Assembly (NCBI GenBank): GCA_963757175.1
Contig: CAVWQR010000005.1
Coordinates: 45,205-109,204 of the forward strand
Length of the DNA stretch: 64,000 bases
Direction: 5' to 3'
From: an uncultured Actinomycetota bacterium
GTDB lineage: Bacteria > Actinomycetota > Acidimicrobiia > Acidimicrobiales > Palsa-688
The translations under genes and the position numbers were made by a program. The notes under the pieces are model-generated. The model made no database searches. It was not told where the DNA came from and worked only from the letters and a program-made list of their open reading frames with translations. This document shows, piece after piece, positions 1 through 9,076 of the stretch; position 1 is the stretch's first letter; each line of letters begins with the position of its first letter.

Positions 1-99
1 AAGCCGTCGCGGCGCAGGTAGAGATCCACCAGGTCGGCGATGTTGGGATCATCCTCGACCACCACGATGGTTCCCGGTTCTGCAGCCATCGCCGCCAGC
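1..99 (-). CDS. response regulator receiver protein, N-terminal fragment (gene runs off the left edge)
   Basis: The reverse complement of 1-99 reads 'MAAEPGTIVVVEDDPNIADLVDLYLRRDG', a typical CheY/OmpR receiver N-terminus with an acidic pocket. Only 33 codons are visible, so it is absent from the ORF track. Confidence 0.5.
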
Positions 100-159
100 A
101 TGGCAGGAAGGGAAAGCATCGGCGGGGCACGGACCCCGTGCCAGTACCATTTGTCTCTC

Positions 160-951
160 ATGGCTGCCGCCACCTACCTCGATCGCATCCTCGCCGCCCA
201 CCGAGCGGCGGCGGCGGAGGACCGGCGCGACGTGGACGCCTTGGCCGCCGCCGCCCGCCGGCAGCCGCCGGCCCGGGGGTTCGCCGCCGCCCTGGCCCGG
301 GCGACGCCGATGGCCGTGGTGGCCGAGCTGAAGCGGGCGTCGCCCAGCCGGGGCCCGCTGGCCCGTGAGGTGGACGCCGCCGCGGTGGCCAGGGCCTACC
401 GGGAGGGCGGCGCCGCCTGCCTGTCGGTGCTGACCGATGCCGAGTTCTTCGCCGGCAGCGTCGACGACCTGGCCGCAGCCCGGCACGCGTCAGGGCTGCC
501 GGTGTTGAGGAAGGACTTCACCGTGGCGGCTGCGGACGTCTGCGACGCCCGGCTGATGGGCGCCGATGCCGTCCTGCTCATCACGGCCGCGTTTTCCCCG
601 ACCCAACTACGAGAGCTCGTGGCGTTGGCGGACGACGTCGGCATCGACGCCCTGGTCGAGGTGCACGATGAGGACGAAGCCCAGTCGGCGCTGGACGCCG
701 GAGCCCGCCTGGTGGGTGTCAACCAGCGGGACCTGTTCAGTTTCGAGGTCGACCACGACCGGGCCGCCCGGGTGGCCAAGGTGTTGCCGGACGGTGTTGT
801 CCGGGTGGCCGAATCGGGCGTCCGGGACGCCGGGGACGTCGCCCGCCTGGCCGACGCCGGCTTCGACGCGGTCCTCGTCGGCGAGGCGCTGGTCACTGCG
901 CCGGACCCGGCCGCCGCGGTGGCCGCCTTGCGCGGCGTCGAAGCGAGCTGA
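160..951 (+). CDS. trpC: indole-3-glycerol phosphate synthase
   Basis: Lies in the frame of ORF 40..951. IGPS motifs '[13 protein letters not shown]', 'CLSVLTD', 'LVEVHDEDE' and 'VGVNQRDL' are present. I placed the start at ATG 160 ('[11 protein letters not shown]') because the upstream residues look non-homologous. Confidence 0.9.
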   Translation: MAAATYLDRILAAHRAAAAEDRRDVDALAAAARRQPPARGFAAALARATPMAVVAELKRASPSRGPLAREVDAAAVARAYREGGAACLSVLTDAEFFAGSVDDLAAARHASGLPVLRKDFTVAAADVCDARLMGADAVLLITAAFSPTQLRELVALADDVGIDALVEVHDEDEAQSALDAGARLVGVNQRDLFSFEVDHDRAARVAKVLPDGVVRVAESGVRDAGDVARLADAGFDAVLVGEALVTAPDPAAAVAALRGVEAS

Positions 952-965
952 GGAGGAGCGGAGCC

Positions 966-1619
966 GTGTGGGTGAAGATCTGCGGGACGACGAACGAGGA
1001 CGACGCCCTCCTCGCCGTGGCCATGGGCGCCGACGCCGTGGGCTTCATCTTCGCCCCGTCGCCGCGCCAGGTCGCCCCGCAGGTGGCCGCCGACATCGCC
1101 AAGCGCCTGCCCCCGGAGATCCTCACCGTCGGCGTCTTCCGCGACGAGGCGCCGCAGCGGGTGGTGCAGATCTGCCACGCCAGCGGCCTCCGCGGCGCCC
1201 AGCTGCACGGGCACGAGACCGTCGCCCAGACCATCTGGGTATCCAAACGGCTGCGATGGGTGATCAAGGCGTTCCCGGCCGGGTCGAACCAGGTGGCCCG
1301 AGCGCGCAGCTACCAGGCGTCGGCCATCATGCTCGACGCACCCCATCCCGGTTCCGGGCAGGTGTTCGACTGGGCCTTCGCCCAGGAGGTCCCGGTCGGC
1401 GAGCGTCTGATCCTCGCCGGCGGGCTGGACACCGACAACGTCGCCGGCGCCATCGAGCGCACCCGCCCCTTCGGCGTCGACGCCACGAGCGGGGTGGAGG
1501 CGTCGCCCGGGCGCAAGGACCCGGTCAGGTTGCGCGAGTTCGTCGCCGCAGCCAAGGCGGCGGCGCCGGAGGAGTACGAACCCGGCCGCCGGGCGCCCTA
1601 CGACTGGATGGAGGAGTAG
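966..1619 (+). CDS. trpF: phosphoribosylanthranilate isomerase
   Basis: ORF 966..1619 with a GTG start. '[29 protein letters not shown]' and 'LILAGGL...GVDATSGVE' are PRAI hallmarks. The gene lies between trpC and trpB. Confidence 0.85.
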   Translation: MWVKICGTTNEDDALLAVAMGADAVGFIFAPSPRQVAPQVAADIAKRLPPEILTVGVFRDEAPQRVVQICHASGLRGAQLHGHETVAQTIWVSKRLRWVIKAFPAGSNQVARARSYQASAIMLDAPHPGSGQVFDWAFAQEVPVGERLILAGGLDTDNVAGAIERTRPFGVDATSGVEASPGRKDPVRLREFVAAAKAAAPEEYEPGRRAPYDWMEE

Positions 1620-1672
1620 TGGCCCCCGGCGCCGCCGCCTCGGGGGCGCGAGGGGTGGCCGAGCCGGGAGCC

Positions 1673-2830
1673 ATGGGCGAGCCCGATGCGACGGGGCGGT
1701 TCGGTGAGTTCGGCGGCCGGTTCCTGCCCGAGGCGCTCGTCCCCGCCTGCCAGGAGCTGGAGACGGCATGGCGGCGGGCGTGGGCCGACCCCGGATTCCA
1801 CCAGCGCTACGAGGCGCTGCTGCGGGACTACGCCGGGCGGCCGACGCCGGTGACCGACTGCGCCCGTCTGTCCGAGGAGCTCGGCGTGCGGGTCCTGCTC
1901 AAGCGGGAGGACCTGACCCACACCGGCTCGCACAAGATCAACAACGTCATCGGCCAAGGCCTGCTGGCCCAGGAGATGGGCAAGCCCCGCCTCATCGCCG
2001 AGACCGGAGCCGGCCAGCACGGGGTGGCGGCGGCGACGGCCGCGGCCCTGTTCGGGCTCGACTGCCTCGTGTACATGGGCGAGGTCGACATGGAACGCCA
2101 GGAGCTCAACGTGTTCCGCATGCGACTGCTCGGCGCCGAGGTGGTGCCGGTGCGTTCCGGGAGTCGCACGCTGAAGGACGCGGTCAACGAGGCGTTGCGC
2201 GACTGGGTGGCGTCCGTGGCCACCACCCACTACCTCGTCGGTTCGGTGATGGGCCCGCACCCGTACCCGTGGATGGTGCGCGAGCTGCAGCGGGTCCTGG
2301 GCGACGAGGCGCGGGTCCAGTGCCGGGAGATCCTGGACGCCGACCCCGACGTGGTGGTGGCGTGCGTGGGCGGAGGGTCCAACGCGGCGGGAACGTTCGC
2401 CGGATTCGTCGACACGCCGGCCCGGCTGGTGGGCGTGGAGGCGGCGGGGGGTGCGGCGATCGGGCGGGGCGTCCCCGGCGTCCTCCACGGGATGCGGTCC
2501 TACCTGCTGCAGGACGAGTGGGGCCAGATCCTGGAGGCGGAGTCGATCTCGGCCGGGCTCGACTACCCGGGGATCGGCCCGGAGCACGCCTACCTGGCCG
2601 ACAGCGGCCGGGCGGCGTACGAGGTGGCCGACGACGCCGAGGTGCTCGAGGCGTTGCAACTGCTGGCGCGCACCGAGGGGATCGTGCCCGCCCTGGAGCC
2701 CGCCCACGCCCTGGCCTGGCTGGTCCGGGCGGTGGCGGCGGGGGACGTGCCGGCGGGCTCGACGGTCCTGGTCAACCTGTCGGGTCGGGGCGACAAGGAC
2801 GCAGAGCAGGTGATGGGCCTCCTCTCTTGA
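1673..2830 (+). CDS. trpB: tryptophan synthase beta chain
   Basis: Lies in the frame of ORF 566..2830. ATG 1673 gives '[22 protein letters not shown]'. The PLP-lysine motif 'HTGSHKINN' and 'GGGSNAAG' are present. An alternative GTG at 1619 overlaps the trpF stop. Confidence 0.95.
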   Translation: MGEPDATGRFGEFGGRFLPEALVPACQELETAWRRAWADPGFHQRYEALLRDYAGRPTPVTDCARLSEELGVRVLLKREDLTHTGSHKINNVIGQGLLAQEMGKPRLIAETGAGQHGVAAATAAALFGLDCLVYMGEVDMERQELNVFRMRLLGAEVVPVRSGSRTLKDAVNEALRDWVASVATTHYLVGSVMGPHPYPWMVRELQRVLGDEARVQCREILDADPDVVVACVGGGSNAAGTFAGFVDTPARLVGVEAAGGAAIGRGVPGVLHGMRSYLLQDEWGQILEAESISAGLDYPGIGPEHAYLADSGRAAYEVADDAEVLEALQLLARTEGIVPALEPAHALAWLVRAVAAGDVPAGSTVLVNLSGRGDKDAEQVMGLLS

Positions 2831-2840
2831 CCGGGCTGCC

Positions 2841-3660
2841 GTGAAAGAAACAGAGGGGAAAGAGGCGGCCGCGGCGCCGCCCCCGCGCGGCGTGCCCCTG
2901 GGGCCGGCGCTGGCAGGGGCACGAGCCGGAGGTCGGAAGTTGCTGGTCACCTACGTCACCGGCGGGGTGCGCGCCGACTGGGTGGACGTGCTGGCGGCCA
3001 TGGTGGACGCGGGGGCCGACGCGGTCGAGGTGGGCCTGCCGTTCTCCGACCCCGTCATGGACGGCGCGACCATCCAGGAGGCGTCGGTCGCCGCCCTGGC
3101 CGCGGGGGCCACACCGGCGTCGATCCTCGACGCCGTCCGCAAGGGGGACTTTCCCGTCCCGCTGGTGGCCATGACGTACTACAACCTGGTGGTGCGGGCC
3201 GGCCATCGACGGTTCGCGTCCGCTGCTCAGCGAGGCCGGGGTGCGCGGAGCCATCCTCCCCGACGTCCCCCTCGAGGAGCTCGGGGACTGGGAACGCGCC
3301 GCCCACTGGGCTCACGTGGCGCCCGTGCTCCTCGCCGCGCCTGTCAGCCCCGACGAGCGGCTGGCCGAGCTGTGCCGGCGGACGCGAGGCTTCGTCTACG
3401 GCGTCAACGTCATGGGGGTGACGGGGGAGCGGGCCACGCTCGCCGAGTCGGCCGCCGTTCTGGCCCGGCGGCTCAAAGCGGTCACCGATCTGCCCGTGGT
3501 GATGGGCTTCGGGGTGTCGGGGCCCGAGCAGGCGGCCGCCATCGCCGCCGAAGCCGACGGCGTGGTCGTGGCCAGCGCCCTGATGCGCCTGGTGCTCGAC
3601 GGCGAGCCCCCCGCGGCGATCGGCGCCGCCGTGGGTCGGCTGCGCGCCGCGCTCGACTAA
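2841..3660 (+). pseudogene. trpA: tryptophan synthase alpha chain, reading frame broken as assembled
   Basis: The N-terminal half is in ORF 2841..3761 ('LLVTYVTGG', 'VEVGLPFSDPVMDGATIQ', 'MTYYNLVVRAG..RRFA'). The C-terminal half is in the frame of ORF 3241..3660 ('LLSEAGVRGAILPDVPLEE', 'GFVYGVNVMGVTG', 'GFGVSGPEQ'). The +1 frame change is near 3217-3221. Confidence 0.85.
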
Positions 3661-3669
3661 CCGCGGCGC

Positions 3670-4482
3670 TCAATCGGCCGGCCACCACGAGACGAAGTGG
3701 TGGACGGGGCCGTGGCCGGCGCCGACGTCGAGCCGATCGGCCCCTTGGAGAGCGGCGGTGAGGTAGGCCTTGGCGTCCCGGACGGCCGCGGGCCAGTCCG
3801 GCCGCTGGGGGCGAAGGGCGGCCACGGCGGAGGAGAGGGTGCAGCCGGTGCCGTGATCGTTGTTTGTCGCCACCCGCGGCGCTTCGAGGCGGTCGCACCC
3901 GCCGTCGCCCAGGAGCACGTCCACGCTGCCCGGTCCGCCGAGGTGGCCCCCTTTGAGCAGCACCCGGCGGGCGCCGCCGGCGACCAGACGCCCGGCTTGG
4001 TCGACCATGGCGGCCACGTCGCCGGCCTCGCCTTGGTCGAGGAGATCCGCGGCTTCGGGGATGTTCGGCGTGATCAGGTCGGCCCGGGGCACCAGCTGGC
4101 GGCGCAGGGCATCGACGGCGTCGGGTTGGAGGAGGCGGTCGCCGCTCTTGGCCACCATGACGGGGTCGAGCACGACCACCGGCGGCCGGAACCGGTCCAG
4201 GGCCTCGGCCACCGCCGTGATCACGTCCCGGTTGCCCAGCATCCCGATCTTGACCGCGTCGATCCGGACGTCGTCGAACACGGCGTCGAGCTGCGCCGTC
4301 ACCGAGGCGGCCGGTACCGGATGGACGCCCCGGACCCCGGTCGTGTTCTGGGCCACCACCGCGGTGACGACGGCCAGCCCGTAGGCGCCCAGCGCCGAGA
4401 ACGTCTTCAGATCGGCGTGGATCCCCGCCCCGCCGGTCGGATCCGTCCCCGCCACGGAAAGGACGTTGGGCGGTGGGCTCAC
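3670..4482 (-). CDS. thiD: hydroxymethylpyrimidine/phosphomethylpyrimidine kinase
   Basis: ORF 3670..4482. 'VLSVAGTDPTGGAGIHADLKTF', 'KIGMLG' and 'DPVMVAKSG' are typical ThiD motifs. The GTG start overlaps the thiE stop (GTGA). Confidence 0.9.
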   Translation of the reverse strand: MSPPPNVLSVAGTDPTGGAGIHADLKTFSALGAYGLAVVTAVVAQNTTGVRGVHPVPAASVTAQLDAVFDDVRIDAVKIGMLGNRDVITAVAEALDRFRPPVVVLDPVMVAKSGDRLLQPDAVDALRRQLVPRADLITPNIPEAADLLDQGEAGDVAAMVDQAGRLVAGGARRVLLKGGHLGGPGSVDVLLGDGGCDRLEAPRVATNNDHGTGCTLSSAVAALRPQRPDWPAAVRDAKAYLTAALQGADRLDVGAGHGPVHHFVSWWPAD

Positions 4483-5138
4483 CGAGGCCCGCCGACGCGG
4501 CCGGCGAGGAAGCGGCGGCGCAGATCGGCGGCCGCGCCGGCAGGATCGTCGCTGGCGGCGATGGCCGAGACCACGGCGATGCCGGCCGCCCCGGTGGCGC
4601 CCAGCTCGGAGGCGTCGGCGGGCCCGACGCCGCCGATGGCGACGCAGGGCAGCGCCGTGGCGGCCACCGCCGCGCGCAGCCCTCGGACACCGATCGGCGC
4701 GGCGTGGTCGGGCTTCGTGGGGGTGGCGGCGACGGGGCCGACACCCAGGTAGTCGACGGTCCCCTGGGGAAGGGCCTCGGCGTCGGCCACCTCGTCGACC
4801 GTCGTCGCCGAAAGGCCGACTACCAGCGCGGGGCCGGCGAGGCGCCGGGCGGCGACGGCCGGCAGGTCCGACTGGCCCACGTGCACGCCGGCGGCACCGG
4901 CGGCGATGGCCACGTCGACGCGGTCGTTGACGATCAGGGGCACGCCCGAGCCGCGCAACTGGCGGACCAGCGCCTTGGCCGCCTCGAACAGGTCCCGGGC
5001 GGCGGCATCGGGGTCGCGCAGCTGCACCGCGGTCGCCCCCCCGGACACCGCCTCGGCGACCGTGGCGCCGATCCCCCGGCCGGCACAGAGGTGGGGATCG
5101 GTGACGAAGTACAGGGTGGGGTCGAAGCCGGGCGCCAT
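4479..5138 (-). CDS. thiE: thiamine-phosphate synthase
   Basis: ORF 4479..5138. 'LYFVTDP', 'VQLRDPD', 'LIVNDRVDVA..GA.GVHVGQSDL' and 'YLGVGPV..T.TK' match the ThiE family. Confidence 0.9.
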   Translation of the reverse strand: MAPGFDPTLYFVTDPHLCAGRGIGATVAEAVSGGATAVQLRDPDAAARDLFEAAKALVRQLRGSGVPLIVNDRVDVAIAAGAAGVHVGQSDLPAVAARRLAGPALVVGLSATTVDEVADAEALPQGTVDYLGVGPVAATPTKPDHAAPIGVRGLRAAVAATALPCVAIGGVGPADASELGATGAAGIAVVSAIAASDDPAGAAADLRRRFLAGRVGGPR

Positions 5139-5147
5139 CGCCGCCTG

Positions 5148-5963
5148 TCAGTAGTTGGCCGTCGTCCCGCTCTCGGCCGCTCGGGCCAGAGCGCCGAGGT
5201 GGTCGAGCAGGGCGACGGCGAACGACCCCGGTCCCCGGGTGGCTTGGGCCGCCCGTTCGCCAGCGGCGGCCAGCACCGCCGACGCTCCCGCGGCTGCACC
5301 CAGGGCGTCGCCCCCGTTGGCGGCCACGAACGCGGCCATCAGGGCGCCCAGGGCGCAGCCCACCCCGGTGACCCGCGTCATCAGCACGTCACCACCGGGC
5401 ACCTCGATGACGGTCGAGCCGTCCGTGACGTAGTCGACCGCACCGCTGACCGCGACCACGCACCCCCGCGCCCGGGACAGAGCCTGGGCCGCGTCCACCG
5501 CCTCGCCCGATCCGGCCAGCGAGTCAACCCCTCGGCCACCGCCGCCGGCGCCAGCCAGGCTCATGACCTCCGAAGGGTTGCCGCGCACGATCGCCGGTCC
5601 CCAGTCGAGGAGCTCGGCGGCGAACGTGGTGCGATGGGCCAGGGCGCCCACCGCCACCGGGTCCAGCACCCAGGGCCGGCCGGCGCCGGCGGCGCTGGTC
5701 GCCGCGCTCCGCATGGCCCGCTCCCGCTCCGCCGACAAAGTCCCCAGATTGACGAGGACGGCGCCGGCCACCGCGGCGAACGGGCCCGATTCCTCGGCGT
5801 TCTCGACCATCGCTGGCGAAGCCCCCACCGCCAACAGGACATTGGCGGTGAACCCGGCCACCACGATGTTGGTCAGGCAGTGGACGAGCGGCGCGCCCCG
5901 GCTCACCGCCCGCAGCCCGTCGACGACGGGCTCGTCGTCCGAGGTCCAGGTCTGGCTGCTCAC
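5148..5963 (-). CDS. thiM: hydroxyethylthiazole kinase
   Basis: ORF 5148..5963. 'LVHCLTNIVVAGFTANVLLAVGASPAMV', 'LVNLGTL', 'VLDPVAVGA' and 'IRGNPSEV' match ThiM. Confidence 0.9.
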   Translation of the reverse strand: MSSQTWTSDDEPVVDGLRAVSRGAPLVHCLTNIVVAGFTANVLLAVGASPAMVENAEESGPFAAVAGAVLVNLGTLSAERERAMRSAATSAAGAGRPWVLDPVAVGALAHRTTFAAELLDWGPAIVRGNPSEVMSLAGAGGGGRGVDSLAGSGEAVDAAQALSRARGCVVAVSGAVDYVTDGSTVIEVPGGDVLMTRVTGVGCALGALMAAFVAANGGDALGAAAGASAVLAAAGERAAQATRGPGSFAVALLDHLGALARAAESGTTANY

Positions 5964-5975
5964 GGCGACGTTGGG

Positions 5976-6539
5976 CTACTCGTCGACCGGCACGGGCGCG
6001 GTGGCGGCGGTGGCGAAGGCGGTGGTGGCGAACAGCAGCAGGGCGATCACGTGTACCGCGGTGCAGTACAGGCAGATGTTGTCGATCTTGAACAGCTCGG
6101 CGTACACCAGCCACAGGGCGGTGCCCACGCCGACGAGCGACCACAGCACCCGCCCGGTGCGCAGCGCCCGGCTGGTGCTGCGCCACATCGCCGGCAGCTG
6201 CAGGACGAGCATCACCGCGAAGAACGCCAGCCCGAGATCGACCACCGGGACGCCGTGGATCTTGGAGTAGATGCTGGTGGTCACCTTGGCGCAGTTGACG
6301 ACCCCGTGCTCGGCGCACGCGGCCGGCGCCGTGCCGCTGTAGTGGTCGTAGGCGAGGTAGGCGGCGTCGATCAGGCCGAGCACCGACAGGATCAGCCCGC
6401 TGACCCACGGCCAGCGCAGGCCGGGTTCGGCGTCGACGTCGACGTCATCGGTGGCGACGTCCAGGTCGGGGCGGACCTGGGCGCGACCGGCAGGGGGCCG
6501 CGACGTGCGCCGCTTCTGGACGGTGCGGCCGGACGCCAC
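5976..6539 (-). CDS. vitamin K epoxide reductase (VKOR) family membrane protein
   Basis: ORF 5976..6539. It has several TM helices, the loop cysteine pair 'CAEHGVVNC' and the membrane-embedded CxxC 'CLYC' typical of bacterial VKOR homologues. The exact start is uncertain because the N-terminus is basic. Confidence 0.8.
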   Translation of the reverse strand: MASGRTVQKRRTSRPPAGRAQVRPDLDVATDDVDVDAEPGLRWPWVSGLILSVLGLIDAAYLAYDHYSGTAPAACAEHGVVNCAKVTTSIYSKIHGVPVVDLGLAFFAVMLVLQLPAMWRSTSRALRTGRVLWSLVGVGTALWLVYAELFKIDNICLYCTAVHVIALLLFATTAFATAATAPVPVDE

Positions 6540-6551
6540 CGGGATTGGCCC

Positions 6552-7577
6552 TCAGCTCCCCGGGGCGGTGCAGACGGGCGCCTTGTTGCCGATCACGCCG
6601 CAGATGGACTTGACCAGCTGGGAGGCGGCGGCGTCGATGTAGGCCCCGAAGACGTTGGTGTTGTCGCCGATGGAGTTGGCGATGGTGGCGAAGCTGGCGT
6701 TGGAGAAGGTGTTGTCATTGAACTGGGCGCTGGTCAGCTGCCACTTCCCGTTCATGTCGATGAACGGGAAGGTTCGGGGGCCGTTGGGGACGCTCTTGGT
6801 CGCATTGACCCAGAGGGCGTCGGCCGCCGGGGACGGCGTCTCGAGCGGCTTGCTGTTGCGGTCTTCCACCTCGTAGGTGGTGAACGTCAGGTACGGGCTG
6901 CTGTAGGACGCCTGGTAGTAGGTCAACGTGGCGATGTTCCCGTCGTCGGCGGCCGAGTGGATCTGTCGCAGATTGGTGAAGGTGCCGAACTGGCTGAGGG
7001 CCACGGTCAGCGGCCAGCGTTCGGTCGCGCAGATGGGGCAGAACTCGGCGCCGATGTAGAGCAGCTGGGGCTTGCCGTTGACCAGCCGGGGCGGGCCCGA
7101 GATGGGCGTCGGCGGGCTGACATTGGACCCGGCCTTGGGCACGGCGGCGTTGAGGGTGGCCACGGGGACCGGCGTGGTGATCTTGGCCAGCTGGGCCGGG
7201 TTGATGGCCAGGCGGGTGTTGCTCGAGCTGCTGCTGGAGGTGGCCTTGACGATCACGAACACGGCGATGACCACCACGACCACGGCCACTGCGACAGCGG
7301 CGAGCACGTTGCGCTGGTGACGGGCGCGCTGGGCGGTCGCGGCGCGGCCCCGGGGCGGGCGCTTGGCGGCGGCGGGCGCCGGCCGGCGGCCCGGCCCGGA
7401 AGGGCGCTTCTTGCCGGGCCGGGGCGGGACGGTGGTCTTGGCCTTCGCCGGGGAATCGCCCTCGTTGTTGCCCTTGGCGCCGCCGCCGCCGCCCTTGGCG
7501 CCGCTCCCGCCGGGCTTGCCCCCGGGTCGCTGTTCGGCGGACCGCGAGCGCTTGGCGGGGGATCCTGGGATGCTCAC
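6552..7577 (-). CDS. membrane-anchored thioredoxin-like protein, DUF929-type (CPIC motif)
   Basis: This is the C-terminal 341 codons of the 6552..8411 frame. The GTG at 7577 is preceded by GAGGAGG. The protein has a basic Pro/Gly/Lys-rich tail, one TM helix ('VLAAVAVAVVVVVIAVFVIV'), then 'LLYIGAEFCPICATERWPL', which resembles DUF929 proteins as I recall them. Confidence 0.7.
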   Translation of the reverse strand: MSIPGSPAKRSRSAEQRPGGKPGGSGAKGGGGGAKGNNEGDSPAKAKTTVPPRPGKKRPSGPGRRPAPAAAKRPPRGRAATAQRARHQRNVLAAVAVAVVVVVIAVFVIVKATSSSSSSNTRLAINPAQLAKITTPVPVATLNAAVPKAGSNVSPPTPISGPPRLVNGKPQLLYIGAEFCPICATERWPLTVALSQFGTFTNLRQIHSAADDGNIATLTYYQASYSSPYLTFTTYEVEDRNSKPLETPSPAADALWVNATKSVPNGPRTFPFIDMNGKWQLTSAQFNDNTFSNASFATIANSIGDNTNVFGAYIDAAASQLVKSICGVIGNKAPVCTAPGS

Positions 7578-7660
7578 GTGGCACTGCCTCCTCGGCGTCG
7601 AAACCGCCCCCGAGCGTAGCGGCCGTCCTCCCCGCCCTTGCCGCGACCCATCCCCGGCGC

Positions 7661-8709
7661 TCAGGCAGGGGCGAACTCGAGGACCGTCTTGACGTCCCCG
7701 TCGCGCCGGGTATAGGCGTCGCGCCACTGCGTCAACGGCACCCGGCGGGTGATGAGCCGACCCAGCCAGTCGTGGTCGGCGCCGGCCAGGGCCTGGGCGC
7801 CGGCCTCGTAGTGGCGGCGGTTGGCGTTGACCGACCCGAAGACCACGTCGTTCTCGAGGACCATGCGCCGGTTGAGCACACCGGCGTCCACCGTCAGGCT
7901 GCGGCCGCCCGAGGAGACGCCGGTGAGGCACACGATGCCGTTGGCGCCGGCCTCCTCCATCACGTCGAACACCAGTTGACCGACCCCCGTGCACTCCAAC
8001 ACCACGTCGGGCTCGATGCCGATGTCGGACACCGCCCCGTGGTGGTAGGTGGCGCCCAGGGCGGTGACCAGTTCGGGCTTGAGCCCGTCGGTCACCTGGT
8101 CGAGCACGTGGACCTCCAGGCCCTGCTGGCGTCCGATCAGCGCCGCCAGCAGGCCGATGGGCCCGGCCCCGGTGATCAGAACGGTCTTCGGCTGCCAACG
8201 GGCGCGCGCCCGATGCGCCCGATGTGGTCCCACGCCTTGGCCACCACGGTCGTCGGCTCCAGCAGCACGCCGAGGGCCCCGAGAGACGGTTCCACCTTGA
8301 CCACGAAGTCGGGGGTGATCCGGTACCGCTCCCGGGCGTAGCCGTGGTGCTGTTTGATCCCCCACTCGGTGTACTGCCCGTTGCGGCACATGTCCCACTC
8401 CCCGACGGCACAGTTCGAGCAGGGGACCGGATCGGGCCGCCGCACGATCCCCACGACCAGGTCCCCTTTCCCCACTTCTGCGTCAGCCGGGGCCTCGAGG
8501 ACCTCGCCGAGCGACTCGTGGCCGATCGCCAGCCGCTGCTCGCCCGGCGGCGCCCACCCGTAGTCGCCGTCGATGATCTCCACGTCGGTCCCGCACACCC
8601 CGATGGCCTTGGTGGCGACGAGCACCGGGCCGTCCGACTCCGGCGGCTCCGGCAGCTCGGTCATGTCGACAGAATTCTTCTGGAGGGGAAGTACGGTGAC
8701 ACCACGCAT
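7661..8709 (-). pseudogene. zinc-dependent MDR dehydrogenase, glucose 1-dehydrogenase-like, frame broken as assembled
   Basis: The N-terminal half is in ORF 8176..8871 from ATG 8709 ('MRGVTV', 'GVCGTDVEIIDGDYG', 'GHESLGEV', 'CSNCAVGEWDMC'). The C-terminal half is in ORF 7661..8398 ('VLITGAGPIGLLAA'). The frame change is near 8198-8212 in a GC-repeat 'GGGCGCGCGCCC'. Confidence 0.75.
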
Positions 8710-9076
8710 GACCGCAGACCGTAGTGGCGACGAAAATCCCCAGGCCCCGGCTCGGCCCGGCCCCGCCGGCGCGGCCGGTTGCGAGCTGTGCGAGGCGGCT
8801 CCCATCACCCGGTGGTGGCACGCCGACGACCTGTGCTGGATCGCCGACTGCGAGGCGTGCGACTCGCCCATGGTGGTGTGGCGCCGTCACGGTGCCGAGC
8901 CGCCCCCTGACGAGGTGACGACCATGCTCGAGCGGCTGGCGACCGTGGCCGACGCCCGCTTCGGTCCCGGCGGCTACCGGGTCGACCGGGTCATGCGCCA
9001 GATCCCCGACCACTTCCACGCCCACGCCCGGGACCGCAGCCGCTCCCGGTCGCTGTTCGCCGCGGGGGGCTCGTGA
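8708..9076 (+). CDS. small Cys-rich protein with HIT-like HxHxH motif
   Basis: Lies in the frame of ORF 8573..9076 from ATG 8708. 'CELCE...CWIADCEAC' looks like a zinc-ribbon and 'IPDHFHAHAR' is a histidine-triad-like motif. Its stop overlaps the next gene (GTGA). Confidence 0.55.
   Translation: MTADRSGDENPQAPARPGPAGAAGCELCEAAPITRWWHADDLCWIADCEACDSPMVVWRRHGAEPPPDEVTTMLERLATVADARFGPGGYRVDRVMRQIPDHFHAHARDRSRSRSLFAAGGS

Noticed and set aside
4473-7619. A 1048-aa plus-strand ORF spanning thiE, thiM, the VKOR gene and the DUF929 gene.
   Set aside because: It runs antisense to four well-supported genes. Its translation is Arg/Gly/Pro/Asp-rich low-complexity sequence with no recognisable motif. 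Long stop-free antisense frames are expected at ~72% GC.
5964-7660. A TPP riboswitch expected upstream of the thi genes.
   Set aside because: Only 12 nt separate thiM from the upstream gene. I could not find the conserved THI-box core there or upstream of the DUF929 gene by eye. I have not run a covariance model, so this is a weak negative.
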